A stretch of 41,216 bases of DNA from an uncultured Flavobacteriales bacterium (GTDB taxonomy: Bacteria; Bacteroidota; Bacteroidia; AKYH767-A; 2013-40CM-41-45): positions 14,908 through 56,123 of the forward strand of contig CAYHHK010000005.1 of the NCBI GenBank assembly GCA_964356415.1. Direction: 5' to 3'. The notes beneath the pieces were generated by a model. The model ran no database searches. It saw only the letters and a program-made list of their open reading frames with translations, and was not told where the DNA came from. Every line of letters begins with the position of its first letter. Within the stretch, counting starts at the first letter, position 1. Below are positions 26,584-36,947 of the stretch, piece after piece. A program made the translations under genes and the position numbers.

Positions 26584-27752
26584 ATGTCCGGCATTGCCCA
26601 AAACCTTTTCGAAAAACAAAACTGCTGCGTTCTCATTCCGACATATAACAACGCTGGAACGCTGGAGGCTGTTATTAATAGTGTGCTTGCCTATACCAAC
26701 AGGATCATCATTGTAAATGACGGTTCTACAGACGAGACAAAAAGCATCCTTGAGAAATTCTCCCACCTGCATCTGGTTTCCTTTCCCATGAATAAAGGTA
26801 AAGGCATGGCATTGAGGGCCGGCTTTAAAGAGGTAGTTGCAATGGGTTATGACAAGGCGATAACAATTGATTCTGACGGACAACATTATGCAGACGATAT
26901 TCCATTCTTTTTTAAAAAACTAGAGCAACAACCGGATGCATTGATCGTCGGTGCCCGTAACATGACAGCAGAGGGGATACCGGGTAAGAGCAGCTTTGGA
27001 CACAAAATTTCGAATTTCTGGTTTCACTTTGAAACAGGAATCAATTTGCCTGACACACAGTCGGGTTTCAGGTTGTATCCTGTCAGGGAGCTGAGCAGAA
27101 TGAATTTCTTTACTACAAAATTTGAATTCGAAATCGAAGTCCTTGTAAGGGCTTCATGGTCAGGCATTCCTGTTGTTTCAGTTCCGATCAAAGTTTTTTA
27201 TGCTCCCGGCAAAGAAAGGATTACACACTTCCGCCCGTTCACCGATTTTACAAGGGTAAGTTTTTTACACACCTGGCTGGTCATCCTTACGGCCTTATGG
27301 TTCTTTCCGCAACGGTTTTTCAACCGAATTAAAAAAAAAACTTCAGGAAGATCTTTCTGGAGGCGTTTACCAACCCCAATGAATCTACAGCAATAAAATC
27401 AGCTTCAGTAGGATTCGGATTATTCATGGGAATTTTTCCCGCCTGGGGTTATCAGATGATCATTGCTTTCGCGCTTGCACATATTTTCCGGCTTAATAAA
27501 GCCATTGTCATCATTGCCTCCAATATCAGCATCCCACCCATGATACCATTTATCCTCTATGGCAGCATGAAAACAGGGTCGGTCTTGCTCGGTCAGCCAT
27601 TGGCGCTTACCTTTCACGACATTACTCTTGATGTTGTAAAAAAGATGCTTGTGCAATATATTCCGGGGAGCATTGTGTTTGCTTTGATTGTTGGATTTTT
27701 AGGTTGGCTTCTTACATTTGCCATCCTTAAGTTCACAAGGAAAAACGTTTAG
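26584..27752 (+). CDS. GT2 glycosyltransferase-DUF2062 fusion interrupted by a frameshift at an A10 tract (27331-27340)
   Basis: IPTYNN, VNDGSTD, NKGKG, DSDGQH, DTQSGFR and FEFEIE (GT2). The -1 frame after the A-run is open into FMGIFPAWGYQ...SNISIPPMIP (DUF2062-like TM domain). Confidence 0.85.
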
Positions 27753-27760
27753 TACGTAAA

Positions 27761-30700
27761 TTGGCAACCCTCTTTCTGGCACTTTATTCTTTTTTTAATA
27801 AGCACCTGAAAATTTTCTGGACAGGTGTTATCATGTTGTGCCTTCTGGTTGCCTGGTTTGCATCAAAGATTCAGTTTGAAGAGGACATCACACGCTTCCT
27901 TCCCCTGGGCGAGAAAAATTCACTTGCAGTAAAGGAAGCATTTGCCAATAACAAACTGAAAGATAAGTTGGTAGTCATGGTTTCATCTTCATTTCCCGGT
28001 GAAGATGGCATTGCTGCCATGACTTCATTCGCCGATTCCTTTGCCAATAAAGTCAATACAAAACTTGACTCGCATTTTGTTGACCATATCCTATACCATA
28101 TCGAAGAAAGCTCATTCATGGATCTTTATGATGAATTGTATAGTAATCTTCCTCTTTATTTAGACAATGCTGATTATGAATATTTAGATTCGCTTATCAG
28201 GGACAGCGCTATTGACAGCGCCATGCGGAAAAATTACAAGTCGTTACTGGCTCCTTCCGGTATTGTTATGGGAAGGTTTATTGAAAAAGATCCTCTTGGT
28301 TTTGGTCCTGTTATCCTCAATAAGCTCAAACAACTTCAGCTCGATAATAATTATGAAATAGACAACGGATATATTTTTGCAAAGGACAAGAAAACGCTGC
28401 TGCTGTTTATCGCCCCTGCTTTTGATGCGGGGGATACCAAAATGAACACGCGCTTTATCACTACTTTAAAGGAAGTGATTGCGGAAAAGTCAGCACAATC
28501 AGGCAAAGTTGAAGTCACCTTTTTCGGAGGAGCAGTGGTTTCTCTTGCAAATGCGCAGCAGATGAAGAAAGATTCGATCCTCTCTTCGTCAATTGCTCTG
28601 GTGCTGATCATTCTCATGCTTTATTTTTTCTTCCGCAAGAAAAGAGTGTTGTTGCTGATCATTTTTCCTGTTGCTTTTGGCGGTGGCTTTGCACTTGCAC
28701 TCTTGTACCTGATCAAGGCTAAGGTTTCAATCATTGCCGTTGGTGCGGGATCAGTTGTGCTTGGACTGGCCATCAATTACTCGCTTCACTTCCTGGTGCA
28801 TCTCAAACACGTTCGCAATGTGAAGCAAACCATTCGTGACCTCGCATCTCCGATGACAATCGGAAGCATTACCACCATTGGCGCTTTTCTTGGCTTACTT
28901 TTTATCAAATCTGAATTGTTGCACGATTTCGGAATGTTCGCAGCATTTAGCCTCGTTGGCGCGGCTTTCTTTTCACTTGTTATTCTTCCACATGCATTTA
29001 CATATTTTGATATCGGCAAACTGGAAACCATTTCACGTTTCGAAAAAACGATCGACAGCATTGTTTCATTCAGGTTTCGGAAAAAGAAACCGCTGATCAT
29101 TGTTGTAATTGCAGTAACATGTATCCTCACATGGTTTGCTTTCGATGTAGAATTTGAAGACGACCTCATGAGCATGAATTACATGCCTGATGAGATTGCC
29201 GGCGCAGAGAAAAAACTTGACGCAATCAACGATGCACATCTGAAGTCTGTATTCTGTATTTCTTATGGATCTTCCGTGGATGAAGCTGCCAACGCCAATA
29301 ACAATGTAAATCAAAGGCTGTCTGAACTCAAAGAAAAAGGCGTTATCGCAGGCCGGTCATCGGTATCTGATTTTTTAATTTCAGACTCTCTTCAGCGAAG
29401 GCGGATTGAAAATTGGAAGAATTACTGGACAAAGGAACGAAAGGATATAGTGAAGGCCGACATCAATCTGTATGCAGCTAAATCAGGATTTACCGGTTCC
29501 GCATTCGACCCTTTCTTTTCCATGCTCGACCGACAATATCAGCCCGTCGATATGCTTGCTTCGCCTGTATTTAAGAATTCAATGCTTTCGGAATTTGTCT
29601 CTGTTAAGAACAATGTTGTTACCATCCTTACCGGGATCAAAGTCGCAGAGGAGAACAGAGCTCAGCTTTTTGCTGAACTCTCCGGTATTTCGAATGCCCT
29701 CGTCTTCGATAAATTATTTGTTTCAACTCAACTCGTTCAATTTCTCCAAAGTGACTTCAATTCCGTGCTTTATATTTCTTCTATATTGGTTTTCTTTTTC
29801 CTGCTCCTCTCTTTCGGAAGAATAGAGCTTGCAGTTTTCAGCTTCCTTCCTATGCTCATCAGCTGGATTTGGATCCTCGGCATCATGGCAATCATTGGAA
29901 TGAAGTTCAATATCGTAAACATCATCATCTCAACCTTTATCTTCGGATTGGGAGATGACTATAGCATTTTTAATTCGGAAGGAATGCTGAGGGAATATTC
30001 TCGCGGGCAGAAAATGTTATCTTCTTTCAAAACATCAATTCTGCTTTCTGCATTGACTTCATTCATCGGAGTGGGCACATTGATTTTTGCGCAACATCCT
30101 GCCCTCAGGTCAATATCGTTGATTACCATCATCGGATTGTTGTGTGTTGTATTTATCTCATTCTATGTGCAGCCCATGCTTTATGAATTTCTCATTTTGA
30201 ACCGGAAGAAAAATGGAAGAGTGCCGCTGACTTTTCTTTCAATCCTTCAGTCTGTATTTGCATTCTCTTATTTTTTTCTTGGCTGTGTGTTACTTACAAT
30301 TGTTGCAATTTTTATTTACCCCATTCTCCCTTTTAAAAAGAAAAATAAAAAGAAACTGCTTCACAATTTACTGAGCCTTTTTTGTGGATCACTGGTCTAC
30401 ATCATGTTCAATGTAAAAAAGAAAATCATCAATGTGCATGGTGAAGATTTTTTAAAGCCTGCAGTAGTGATTGCCAACCACCAATCTTTCCTCGATATTT
30501 TGCTTACTGTAATGATCAGTAATAAAAATGTATTACTGGTTAACGATTGGGTTTGGAACTCACCTTTCTTCGGCTTGGTAGTAAAACGTGCAGGATTTTA
30601 TCCCGTTAGCAAAGGTTTTGAAGAAAGTATTCCTGCATTGGAGGAAGCTGTAAAAAGCGGATATAGCATAGTCGTTTTTCCTGAAGGTACACGCTCTCGC

Positions 30701-31624
30701 AATTCAGAGTTGCAGCGTTTTCACAAGGGTGCTTTTTTTATTGCCGAGAAATTCAACCTGGATATCCTTCCTTTGCTGATCCATGGCTGTAGTGAAACAA
30801 TGCAAAAGGGTGATGACTTCTTATTGAAAAGTGGACAACTGACTGTAAAATATCTTCCGCGTATTATGGCTGATGATGCATCTTTCGGTGTGGGTTATTA
30901 CCAGCGCGCAAAACTAATTTCAAAATATTTCAAAGCCGAATACAGTAAGCTGTGTGAAGAACTCGAAACACCTGAGTATTTCAAAGACAAACTTGTCAAA
31001 AATTACATATACAAAGGTGCTGTGCTTGAATGGTATATCCGGATCAAACTCCGTATGGAAAATAATTATAGTTTATTCCTTGATCGTGTGCCCCGCGGCG
31101 GTAGCATTGTTGACCTTGGCTGCGGATATGGTAATGTTTCACTTATGCTGGGTTTTATTTCGAAGCACAGAAAGATTACAGGCGTCGACTATGATGAAGA
31201 TAAGATCGCCATGGCTTCCAACTCACCAACAAAGCCTTCCAATGTAAATTTCATATGCAGTGATGTATTAAAATATAATTTTGTTCCAACGGATACTTTC
31301 CTGCTCAGCGATGTTTTACACTACCTGCCTGAAGAGAAGCAGATTTCTCTTCTTGAAAGGTGTATAGCAAGTTTAAATGATGGTGGATCAGTATTGATCA
31401 GGGATGCCAATGCTGATTTGGGAAACAGGCACAATGGAGCCCGGCTCACGGAGTTTTTTTCAACTACATTTGGATTCAATAAGGCAACCCATGGCGGTAT
31501 GCATTTTATTTCGGGAAAAACAATTGAACGGTTCGCTGCTGAACATCAAATGCAGCTGGAAGTAATTGATAACACAAAACTCACGTCAAATATTTTTTAT
31601 CACTTAAGGAAGCGAGAAATTTGA
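27761..31624 (+). CDS. Trifunctional MMPL/RND-type exporter + PlsC-type acyltransferase + class I SAM methyltransferase
   Basis: Two MMPL TM blocks (LGLAINYSLH, FGLGDDYSIF), ANHQSFLD and FPEGTRS (PlsC), VDLGCGYG...GVDYD...DVLHYL (MTase). Confidence 0.92.
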   Translation: MATLFLALYSFFNKHLKIFWTGVIMLCLLVAWFASKIQFEEDITRFLPLGEKNSLAVKEAFANNKLKDKLVVMVSSSFPGEDGIAAMTSFADSFANKVNTKLDSHFVDHILYHIEESSFMDLYDELYSNLPLYLDNADYEYLDSLIRDSAIDSAMRKNYKSLLAPSGIVMGRFIEKDPLGFGPVILNKLKQLQLDNNYEIDNGYIFAKDKKTLLLFIAPAFDAGDTKMNTRFITTLKEVIAEKSAQSGKVEVTFFGGAVVSLANAQQMKKDSILSSSIALVLIILMLYFFFRKKRVLLLIIFPVAFGGGFALALLYLIKAKVSIIAVGAGSVVLGLAINYSLHFLVHLKHVRNVKQTIRDLASPMTIGSITTIGAFLGLLFIKSELLHDFGMFAAFSLVGAAFFSLVILPHAFTYFDIGKLETISRFEKTIDSIVSFRFRKKKPLIIVVIAVTCILTWFAFDVEFEDDLMSMNYMPDEIAGAEKKLDAINDAHLKSVFCISYGSSVDEAANANNNVNQRLSELKEKGVIAGRSSVSDFLISDSLQRRRIENWKNYWTKERKDIVKADINLYAAKSGFTGSAFDPFFSMLDRQYQPVDMLASPVFKNSMLSEFVSVKNNVVTILTGIKVAEENRAQLFAELSGISNALVFDKLFVSTQLVQFLQSDFNSVLYISSILVFFFLLLSFGRIELAVFSFLPMLISWIWILGIMAIIGMKFNIVNIIISTFIFGLGDDYSIFNSEGMLREYSRGQKMLSSFKTSILLSALTSFIGVGTLIFAQHPALRSISLITIIGLLCVVFISFYVQPMLYEFLILNRKKNGRVPLTFLSILQSVFAFSYFFLGCVLLTIVAIFIYPILPFKKKNKKKLLHNLLSLFCGSLVYIMFNVKKKIINVHGEDFLKPAVVIANHQSFLDILLTVMISNKNVLLVNDWVWNSPFFGLVVKRAGFYPVSKGFEESIPALEEAVKSGYSIVVFPEGTRSRNSELQRFHKGAFFIAEKFNLDILPLLIHGCSETMQKGDDFLLKSGQLTVKYLPRIMADDASFGVGYYQRAKLISKYFKAEYSKLCEELETPEYFKDKLVKNYIYKGAVLEWYIRIKLRMENNYSLFLDRVPRGGSIVDLGCGYGNVSLMLGFISKHRKITGVDYDEDKIAMASNSPTKPSNVNFICSDVLKYNFVPTDTFLLSDVLHYLPEEKQISLLERCIASLNDGGSVLIRDANADLGNRHNGARLTEFFSTTFGFNKATHGGMHFISGKTIERFAAEHQMQLEVIDNTKLTSNIFYHLRKREI

Positions 31625-31669
31625 AATCATGAATTGGGTTCCTGAGCTGATTTTTTGAAACAATAAGTA

Positions 31670-33184
31670 ATGGAGCAATTTGATGCGGTAATAATCGGTA
31701 GCGGCCTCGGTGGACTTGAGTGTGCTTACATCCTGTCCAAGGAAGGGTACAAGGTCTGCGTCCTGGAAAAAAACAGGCAGTTTGGTGGCAACCTCCAGAT
31801 CTTTGTTCGAGACCGTGCGATCTTTGATACCGGCATCCATTACATCGGTGGCCTTGCAGAGGGCCAGAACCTGAATCGATATTTCAAATTTTTCGGCCTG
31901 ATGGATAGGTTGAAGCTGAAACGAATGGACATGGATGGCTTTGACATAATCAGTTTTTCAGGTCATGAAAAAGAGTACAGGCACGCACAGGGATATGAAA
32001 ATTTTATTGAAGTCCTTTCAAAGGATTTTCCGAAGGAGAGGAGGGCAATAATTGAGTATTGCAATAAGATCAGGGAAGTAACGCAGCAGTTTCCGCTATA
32101 TAATCTGAGGGTAGGGGAGAAGGATATTCTCAACACAAAAATTTTTGAGATCAATGCGCGGGATTATATCAATTCTCTCACAAGTGATGTCATGCTTCAG
32201 AATGTACTTGCCGGTTCAAATCCACTGTACGCAGGCAATGGCGATAAGACGCCCCTATACGTGCATGCTCTATGTGTGAATACTTATATTGAAAGTTCAT
32301 GGAAATGCGTAGATGGAGGATCCCAGATTGCAACCTTGCTTATTAAGGATATAAAAAGTATGGGTGGTGTTGTGAGAAATTATGCACGTGTTTCGAAGAT
32401 CTGGTGCGAAGGTAATAAGGCAAAATATGTTGTTTTGGAGAACGGAGAAAAAATTTTCGCCAAAACTATTATTTCAAATATCCCGCCTGCTGATACCCTT
32501 GATCTTTTAGAAAATAGTAAGATCAGACCTGCATACCGCCATCGCATAAACGAACTAAAAAATACGATTTCAATTTTCACACTGAATATCGTAATGAAGG
32601 AGAACGCATTTCCATACCTGAATCATAACATCTATCACTTCGCGAAAAAGAATGTATGGAACGAGATCAACTATAAGGAAAATGAATGGCCTTCAAGCTA
32701 TGCGCTTTTTACCCCTTATTCATCAAGATCTGAAAACTATGCTGAAAGCATCGCCCTGATGAGTTACATGAAATTCGATGATGTGAAAAAATGGGCAAAC
32801 ACAAAACATACTATTCCAAGAGAAGAGAATGACAGGGGCAGCGACTATAATGAATTCAAAGTGAGCAAGAGCGAAAAGCTGATTGATTTTATTGAAGAAA
32901 AATTCCCCGGTATCAGGAGTAAAATAAAATCATACTATGCTTCCACGCCACTCACTTTCCGTGATTATATCGGTGTCCGTGATGGTTCGCTTTATGGAAT
33001 TGAGAAGGACGCTTCAGATCCGTTGAAATCATTCATTTCTCCAAAGCTGAAAGTGGAAAACATCCTGCTCACCGGGCAAAACCTGAATATGCACGGTGTT
33101 CTCGGTGTAACTGTTGGTGCAGTACTTACTTGTTCCCAATTGCTCGGTGCTGAATATTTATTGAATAAGATCAATGCTGCCTGA
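31670..33184 (+). CDS. FAD-dependent oxidoreductase, phytoene desaturase/retinol saturase-like
   Basis: IIGSGLGGL, EKN..GG, FDTGIHYIGG, STPLTFRDY, GSLYG and LTGQNLNMHGVLGV motifs. Confidence 0.9.
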   Translation: MEQFDAVIIGSGLGGLECAYILSKEGYKVCVLEKNRQFGGNLQIFVRDRAIFDTGIHYIGGLAEGQNLNRYFKFFGLMDRLKLKRMDMDGFDIISFSGHEKEYRHAQGYENFIEVLSKDFPKERRAIIEYCNKIREVTQQFPLYNLRVGEKDILNTKIFEINARDYINSLTSDVMLQNVLAGSNPLYAGNGDKTPLYVHALCVNTYIESSWKCVDGGSQIATLLIKDIKSMGGVVRNYARVSKIWCEGNKAKYVVLENGEKIFAKTIISNIPPADTLDLLENSKIRPAYRHRINELKNTISIFTLNIVMKENAFPYLNHNIYHFAKKNVWNEINYKENEWPSSYALFTPYSSRSENYAESIALMSYMKFDDVKKWANTKHTIPREENDRGSDYNEFKVSKSEKLIDFIEEKFPGIRSKIKSYYASTPLTFRDYIGVRDGSLYGIEKDASDPLKSFISPKLKVENILLTGQNLNMHGVLGVTVGAVLTCSQLLGAEYLLNKINAA

Positions 33185-33190
33185 TCCGGA

Positions 33191-34081
33191 ATGAAAAACA
33201 ATTCCGCCACCGCCTGGATACTCATGATTGTGCTTGCGTTGATTTGGGGAAGTTCTTTCATTCTCATGAAACGCGGACTTGAGACCTTTACGCCTTTCCA
33301 GATAGGAGCATTAAGGATGGGAGTATCAATTATCTGCTTGCTCCCTTTTTTGATCAGTGCTTTAAAAAAAGTACCACGTTTAAAATGGAAGTATCTCGCT
33401 GCAGCAGGATGGCTGGGTAATGGAATCCCTTCCATTCTTTTTCCGCTGGCTGAAACACACCTCAACAGTGCCCTTACCGGTATGCTCAATTCGCTTACAC
33501 CGCTGTTTACTTTTCTCATCGGCATAAGCATGTTTAAGATGAAGTTTTCTCAAAATAAAATATACGGTCTTGTCATCGGACTTATCGGTGCCTGTTTGCT
33601 GGTGGTTGGAAAAAATTCTGACAATGCACAAAGTGATTTGCTGTTTACCACTGCTGTAATTCTCGCAACGATTTGTTATGGTTTCAGTGTAAATATTATC
33701 CGCAGTAAGCTTGCTGACTTAGACAACTACAGCAATGCTGCAATGGCATTGATGTTCACAGGAATCCCAATGGGAATTTCGTTGTTCTTTACTGATTTTG
33801 TTTCCCGAACCCAATCTGCTCCGGGTGCCGGAATGAGCATTGCGTATATCCTGATCCTCGCAATCATGGGCACAGCCTTGAGTACCGTACTTTTTAATAA
33901 ACTTATCAAGGTTTCTGGAGCTTTGTTTGCCACCTCCGTTACCTACCTCATCCCTGTTGTTGCAGTAATGTGGGGACTTGCAGATCATGAAACATTGAAG
34001 CCTTTGCATTTCCTTGGATTGTCAGGTGCACTCATCGGCGTTTACCTTATCAATAAAAGCACAGTTAAAAAAGACGATTGA
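33191..34081 (+). CDS. EamA/DMT family transporter
   Basis: LALIWGSSF, ~10 TM helices in two repeats, VTYLIPVVAVMWG. Confidence 0.92.
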   Translation: MKNNSATAWILMIVLALIWGSSFILMKRGLETFTPFQIGALRMGVSIICLLPFLISALKKVPRLKWKYLAAAGWLGNGIPSILFPLAETHLNSALTGMLNSLTPLFTFLIGISMFKMKFSQNKIYGLVIGLIGACLLVVGKNSDNAQSDLLFTTAVILATICYGFSVNIIRSKLADLDNYSNAAMALMFTGIPMGISLFFTDFVSRTQSAPGAGMSIAYILILAIMGTALSTVLFNKLIKVSGALFATSVTYLIPVVAVMWGLADHETLKPLHFLGLSGALIGVYLINKSTVKKDD

Positions 34082-34154
34082 GTATTAACAGAGAGAATTC
34101 CTTTTCTCGCCTTAGGCAAATCGATGTCTTTCATTCAACATTTTTTAATCTGCG

Positions 34155-34172
34155 TCCCGATAGATATTGGGA
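34155..34172. repeat. Degenerate copy of the TCCCGATAGCTATCGGGA palindrome
   Basis: TCCCGATAGATATTGGGA, 16/18 identical to 19120-19137. Confidence 0.75.
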
Positions 34173-34228
34173 CTGTGGCAATATTATTTTTGTCTATCTC
34201 GAAAAACCACAGACCCCCACGGGGTTAT

Positions 34229-34678
34229 TCAATTGTGAATGGTAATGTCAGAAGTGGTTACCGTGTTGCTTTGGTTTCCTGCCCTGTCTTTCACATAAAT
34301 TGAATAGGTCACATTCTGTGAATTGCTGCCATTTGTAATTGCTGTTGTATTCAGTACCACATCAAGGTTTCCACGGATAATCAACGACGAACCTGAAGGT
34401 GCCAGTTCCTGAATGCGGTATTCATATGTAACACCTACCCGATTATCAGTCAGAAAAAGATTGTGCGCGTCTGCATTGTTCTCGCCAAGATCGCCGTCAC
34501 CGTCGGTATATTTTATCCTGAAAGTAAGCTGGTCTCCTTCTGAAATATTGTTTGATGAAACACTCACCAGCTCAATGGATGGAATGTCGCTGTCAATTGC
34601 ATCATCTTTCTTGCATGATGAAACCGCTGCAACAAGTAAAAAACAAAGGAAAATCTTTTTAAATATATCTGCCATCAT
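34229..34678 (-). CDS. Hypothetical lipoprotein (Ig-like, possible Ca-binding DGDGD loop)
   Basis: Lipobox VSSC, YTDGDGDLG, VKDRAGNQSN. Start overlaps the upstream stop. Confidence 0.8.
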   Translation of the reverse strand: MMADIFKKIFLCFLLVAAVSSCKKDDAIDSDIPSIELVSVSSNNISEGDQLTFRIKYTDGDGDLGENNADAHNLFLTDNRVGVTYEYRIQELAPSGSSLIIRGNLDVVLNTTAITNGSNSQNVTYSIYVKDRAGNQSNTVTTSDITIHN

Positions 34679-35571
34679 TGAACAATAAATGAACAGTAAT
34701 ATTTAAAGTTATATGGGTAGTCGTCACGCGGAAATTCCGTTGGCTGCACATGGTCTCCGTCATTTACATAATAGCGAAAGAAGACTGTGTCGTTGAGAGT
34801 GTAGTTGTTTGCACTGATAGGAACGAGCCATTGTTGCGCGAGTGAATTGTATGTCGCATTCACTATTGTTGCACTATTGAAGTCATCCTGATTATAAGAA
34901 AGCTTCAGCTGATTGAATGTGAAGTTAGGAACGCTGGTGCTGTCATCCTCAGCAGCAAAAATGATATAGAAGTTCTGTCCCTGATGAACGATAAACGGAC
35001 TGTGTGAAATACCACCAAGCCTGTTTGTATCCACCCGGGCATATGGCGGGTTCTGGTCAATCGCATAGATTGCCGTGATAACAGGAGGAAGATTCGGTGC
35101 AACAGGGATGTTCCCATTCTGGTCTTTCGCGCCATTGTTGATCCATGTGCGGATGTGATCAATATCTGTACCCGATAATCTGTTTCCGTTGGAAGGCATA
35201 TAATCGCTGGTTGAAGTTGTCAATCTCTCCATCAGCGATGAACTGTCTGCATTAAATGGAATGACACGAAGTTTGAAAAAAGAAAGCGAGTCCACAGTGG
35301 ATTTAATTACCGGCTGATAAACAAGTGTAGAATAGGTTGACATCACCGTTCTGTAATCAGGTTCAAATGTTCCGTCATGACAACCCGACTTCGCACAGCG
35401 AGGAAAGAAAATATTTCGGTGAAGGCCTACGATCGTATTAGGGTCTGCAGTTGCGTCAGTTGTTGTGTCTGTATCGTAATTGACATTGTCATATGGATTG
35501 TCAGGCGTTTTTTCACACGAAAAAATGACCATTGCGATTGCAAAAAGAAAAAGTATTTTCTTATTCATCAT
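34675..35571 (-). CDS. Lipoprotein with a putative c-type cytochrome domain (CX4CH)
   Basis: Lipobox IFSC, IFFPRCAKSGCHDG and YMP...LSGTDIDHIRTWINNGA, resembling planctomycete-type cytochrome c domains. Confidence 0.72.
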   Translation of the reverse strand: MMNKKILFLFAIAMVIFSCEKTPDNPYDNVNYDTDTTTDATADPNTIVGLHRNIFFPRCAKSGCHDGTFEPDYRTVMSTYSTLVYQPVIKSTVDSLSFFKLRVIPFNADSSSLMERLTTSTSDYMPSNGNRLSGTDIDHIRTWINNGAKDQNGNIPVAPNLPPVITAIYAIDQNPPYARVDTNRLGGISHSPFIVHQGQNFYIIFAAEDDSTSVPNFTFNQLKLSYNQDDFNSATIVNATYNSLAQQWLVPISANNYTLNDTVFFRYYVNDGDHVQPTEFPRDDYPYNFKYYCSFIVQ

Positions 35572-36908
35572 AGAAATGCCTGTTGAATACCTGTTGCATT
35601 AAAATCACGAAGTAATCCTGATGGCACTTGCGTATCGAATCCAAGCAGGTTGGCAATGGCAGCTGCCACATCTATGCTTTCTCCCGCAGTACCTGATATA
35701 ACCTGCCCCTGCTGAACAATATTTGACGGGCCCAGTACCTGACAGAAGATCTCACGTGCCATCTGGTCGCCGCTGACTTCATCAAGTGCAGCAGTATGAT
35801 CAAGTGCAGCACGACCATTCTGGTCAATACTTGAATTGCCGTTCAGGTTCCTGCCATGCTCCGGCGCAATGATCATCACCGTATCATTCATCATCCCCGG
35901 CGTGCTTTGGATTTTATTCCAGAGGTGTGCCACTGCATAATCTGCCTTGTGAAGATTGACAGCATAATCAGTAAAATTGAAATGCGCCACATCCACATCC
36001 TGCATGTTTACAACCAGCAGTTCAGGTGCAAACTGATCAATGATCTTCTCTGCAAAGAAAATATTCATCATGTCATTGTTCATCGATGATCCCGCTCCCC
36101 ATGGATTGTTGAAAGCGCCTCCCTGATACTGACTGAACATAGAGTTGATCCATGTTTGCAGCTCTGCAGCATCTGCTTCAATGTTGGTCACGCCCGCATC
36201 ACCATCCAAAAAACTTTTATTGAAGTTGTGATTCATGAATGTTCGCATGTTGTTGACCGATGCTTCTTCAGTGCTCGTAAATGTTTTGAGTGTGCCGATT
36301 GAATTATATCCCTGGTTGCTGAACATATAAGTTGGCGCAATAAAATTTGCACCGAATTGTGCACCATATCCTGCAAAGGAACTGAAGTTGAGCGCAGGGT
36401 AGGGGCCTAAAGTGTTGGAAACCCACCAGCATTTGCGCGCTGTCTGTGCAGGTGAATTGTGCTTGCGGTAAAATTCGAATATGGTCGGCGTGTGCGGATG
36501 ATCTTTGATGTTCAGATCAGCAGTTGTATATGCACCTGTGATGGCAGTTGTATGTCCGTTAAAATGTCCTGTCGGACCACTCTTATACCGGAACTCTTTG
36601 AAGAGCGTCCCTTTGGTTTGCATATTATACCCCAGGTTCAGGTTAGGAAGCGGACTTGCAGCAAGTGCTGCGGCAATGTCAGGTGAAACGGCCTCGTTGC
36701 CGAGCAACATATGTGGCATGAGGTTGCCCAATGATTTATCAACTGATTCCAAGTTGCGTACGCCGCCTGCGAACATGCAGAACACTACATGGTTCACTTT
36801 GCGGATTCCGGATGCTGCAAACAACCTTCCCGAAGGAAGAATATAAGGAATCGCAAATGCCCCCGCCGTCGCAAGCCCCGCTTTCTTGATGAATTCTCTC
36901 CTTCTCAT
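35568..36908 (-). CDS. Tat-exported alkaline-phosphatase/sulfatase-superfamily protein (DUF1501-like)
   Basis: MRRREFIKKAG twin-arginine signal, VVFCMFAGGVR, DVDVAH and DTVMIIAPEHGRN motifs. Confidence 0.75.
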   Translation of the reverse strand: MRRREFIKKAGLATAGAFAIPYILPSGRLFAASGIRKVNHVVFCMFAGGVRNLESVDKSLGNLMPHMLLGNEAVSPDIAAALAASPLPNLNLGYNMQTKGTLFKEFRYKSGPTGHFNGHTTAITGAYTTADLNIKDHPHTPTIFEFYRKHNSPAQTARKCWWVSNTLGPYPALNFSSFAGYGAQFGANFIAPTYMFSNQGYNSIGTLKTFTSTEEASVNNMRTFMNHNFNKSFLDGDAGVTNIEADAAELQTWINSMFSQYQGGAFNNPWGAGSSMNNDMMNIFFAEKIIDQFAPELLVVNMQDVDVAHFNFTDYAVNLHKADYAVAHLWNKIQSTPGMMNDTVMIIAPEHGRNLNGNSSIDQNGRAALDHTAALDEVSGDQMAREIFCQVLGPSNIVQQGQVISGTAGESIDVAAAIANLLGFDTQVPSGLLRDFNATGIQQAFL

Positions 36909-36947
36909 TCAGATTCTATTTTTTTTTCAAACTTCAAACTTCAAAAT

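Noticed and set aside
27426-27752. Independent 108-aa membrane protein
   Set aside because: The frame is open back to the A10 tract and the ATG falls inside a TM helix, so it is better read as the C-terminus of the frameshifted fusion.
31670-33184. Carotenoid pathway crtI
   Set aside because: No crtB, crtY or crtZ is nearby, and the context is a polyene PKS cluster.
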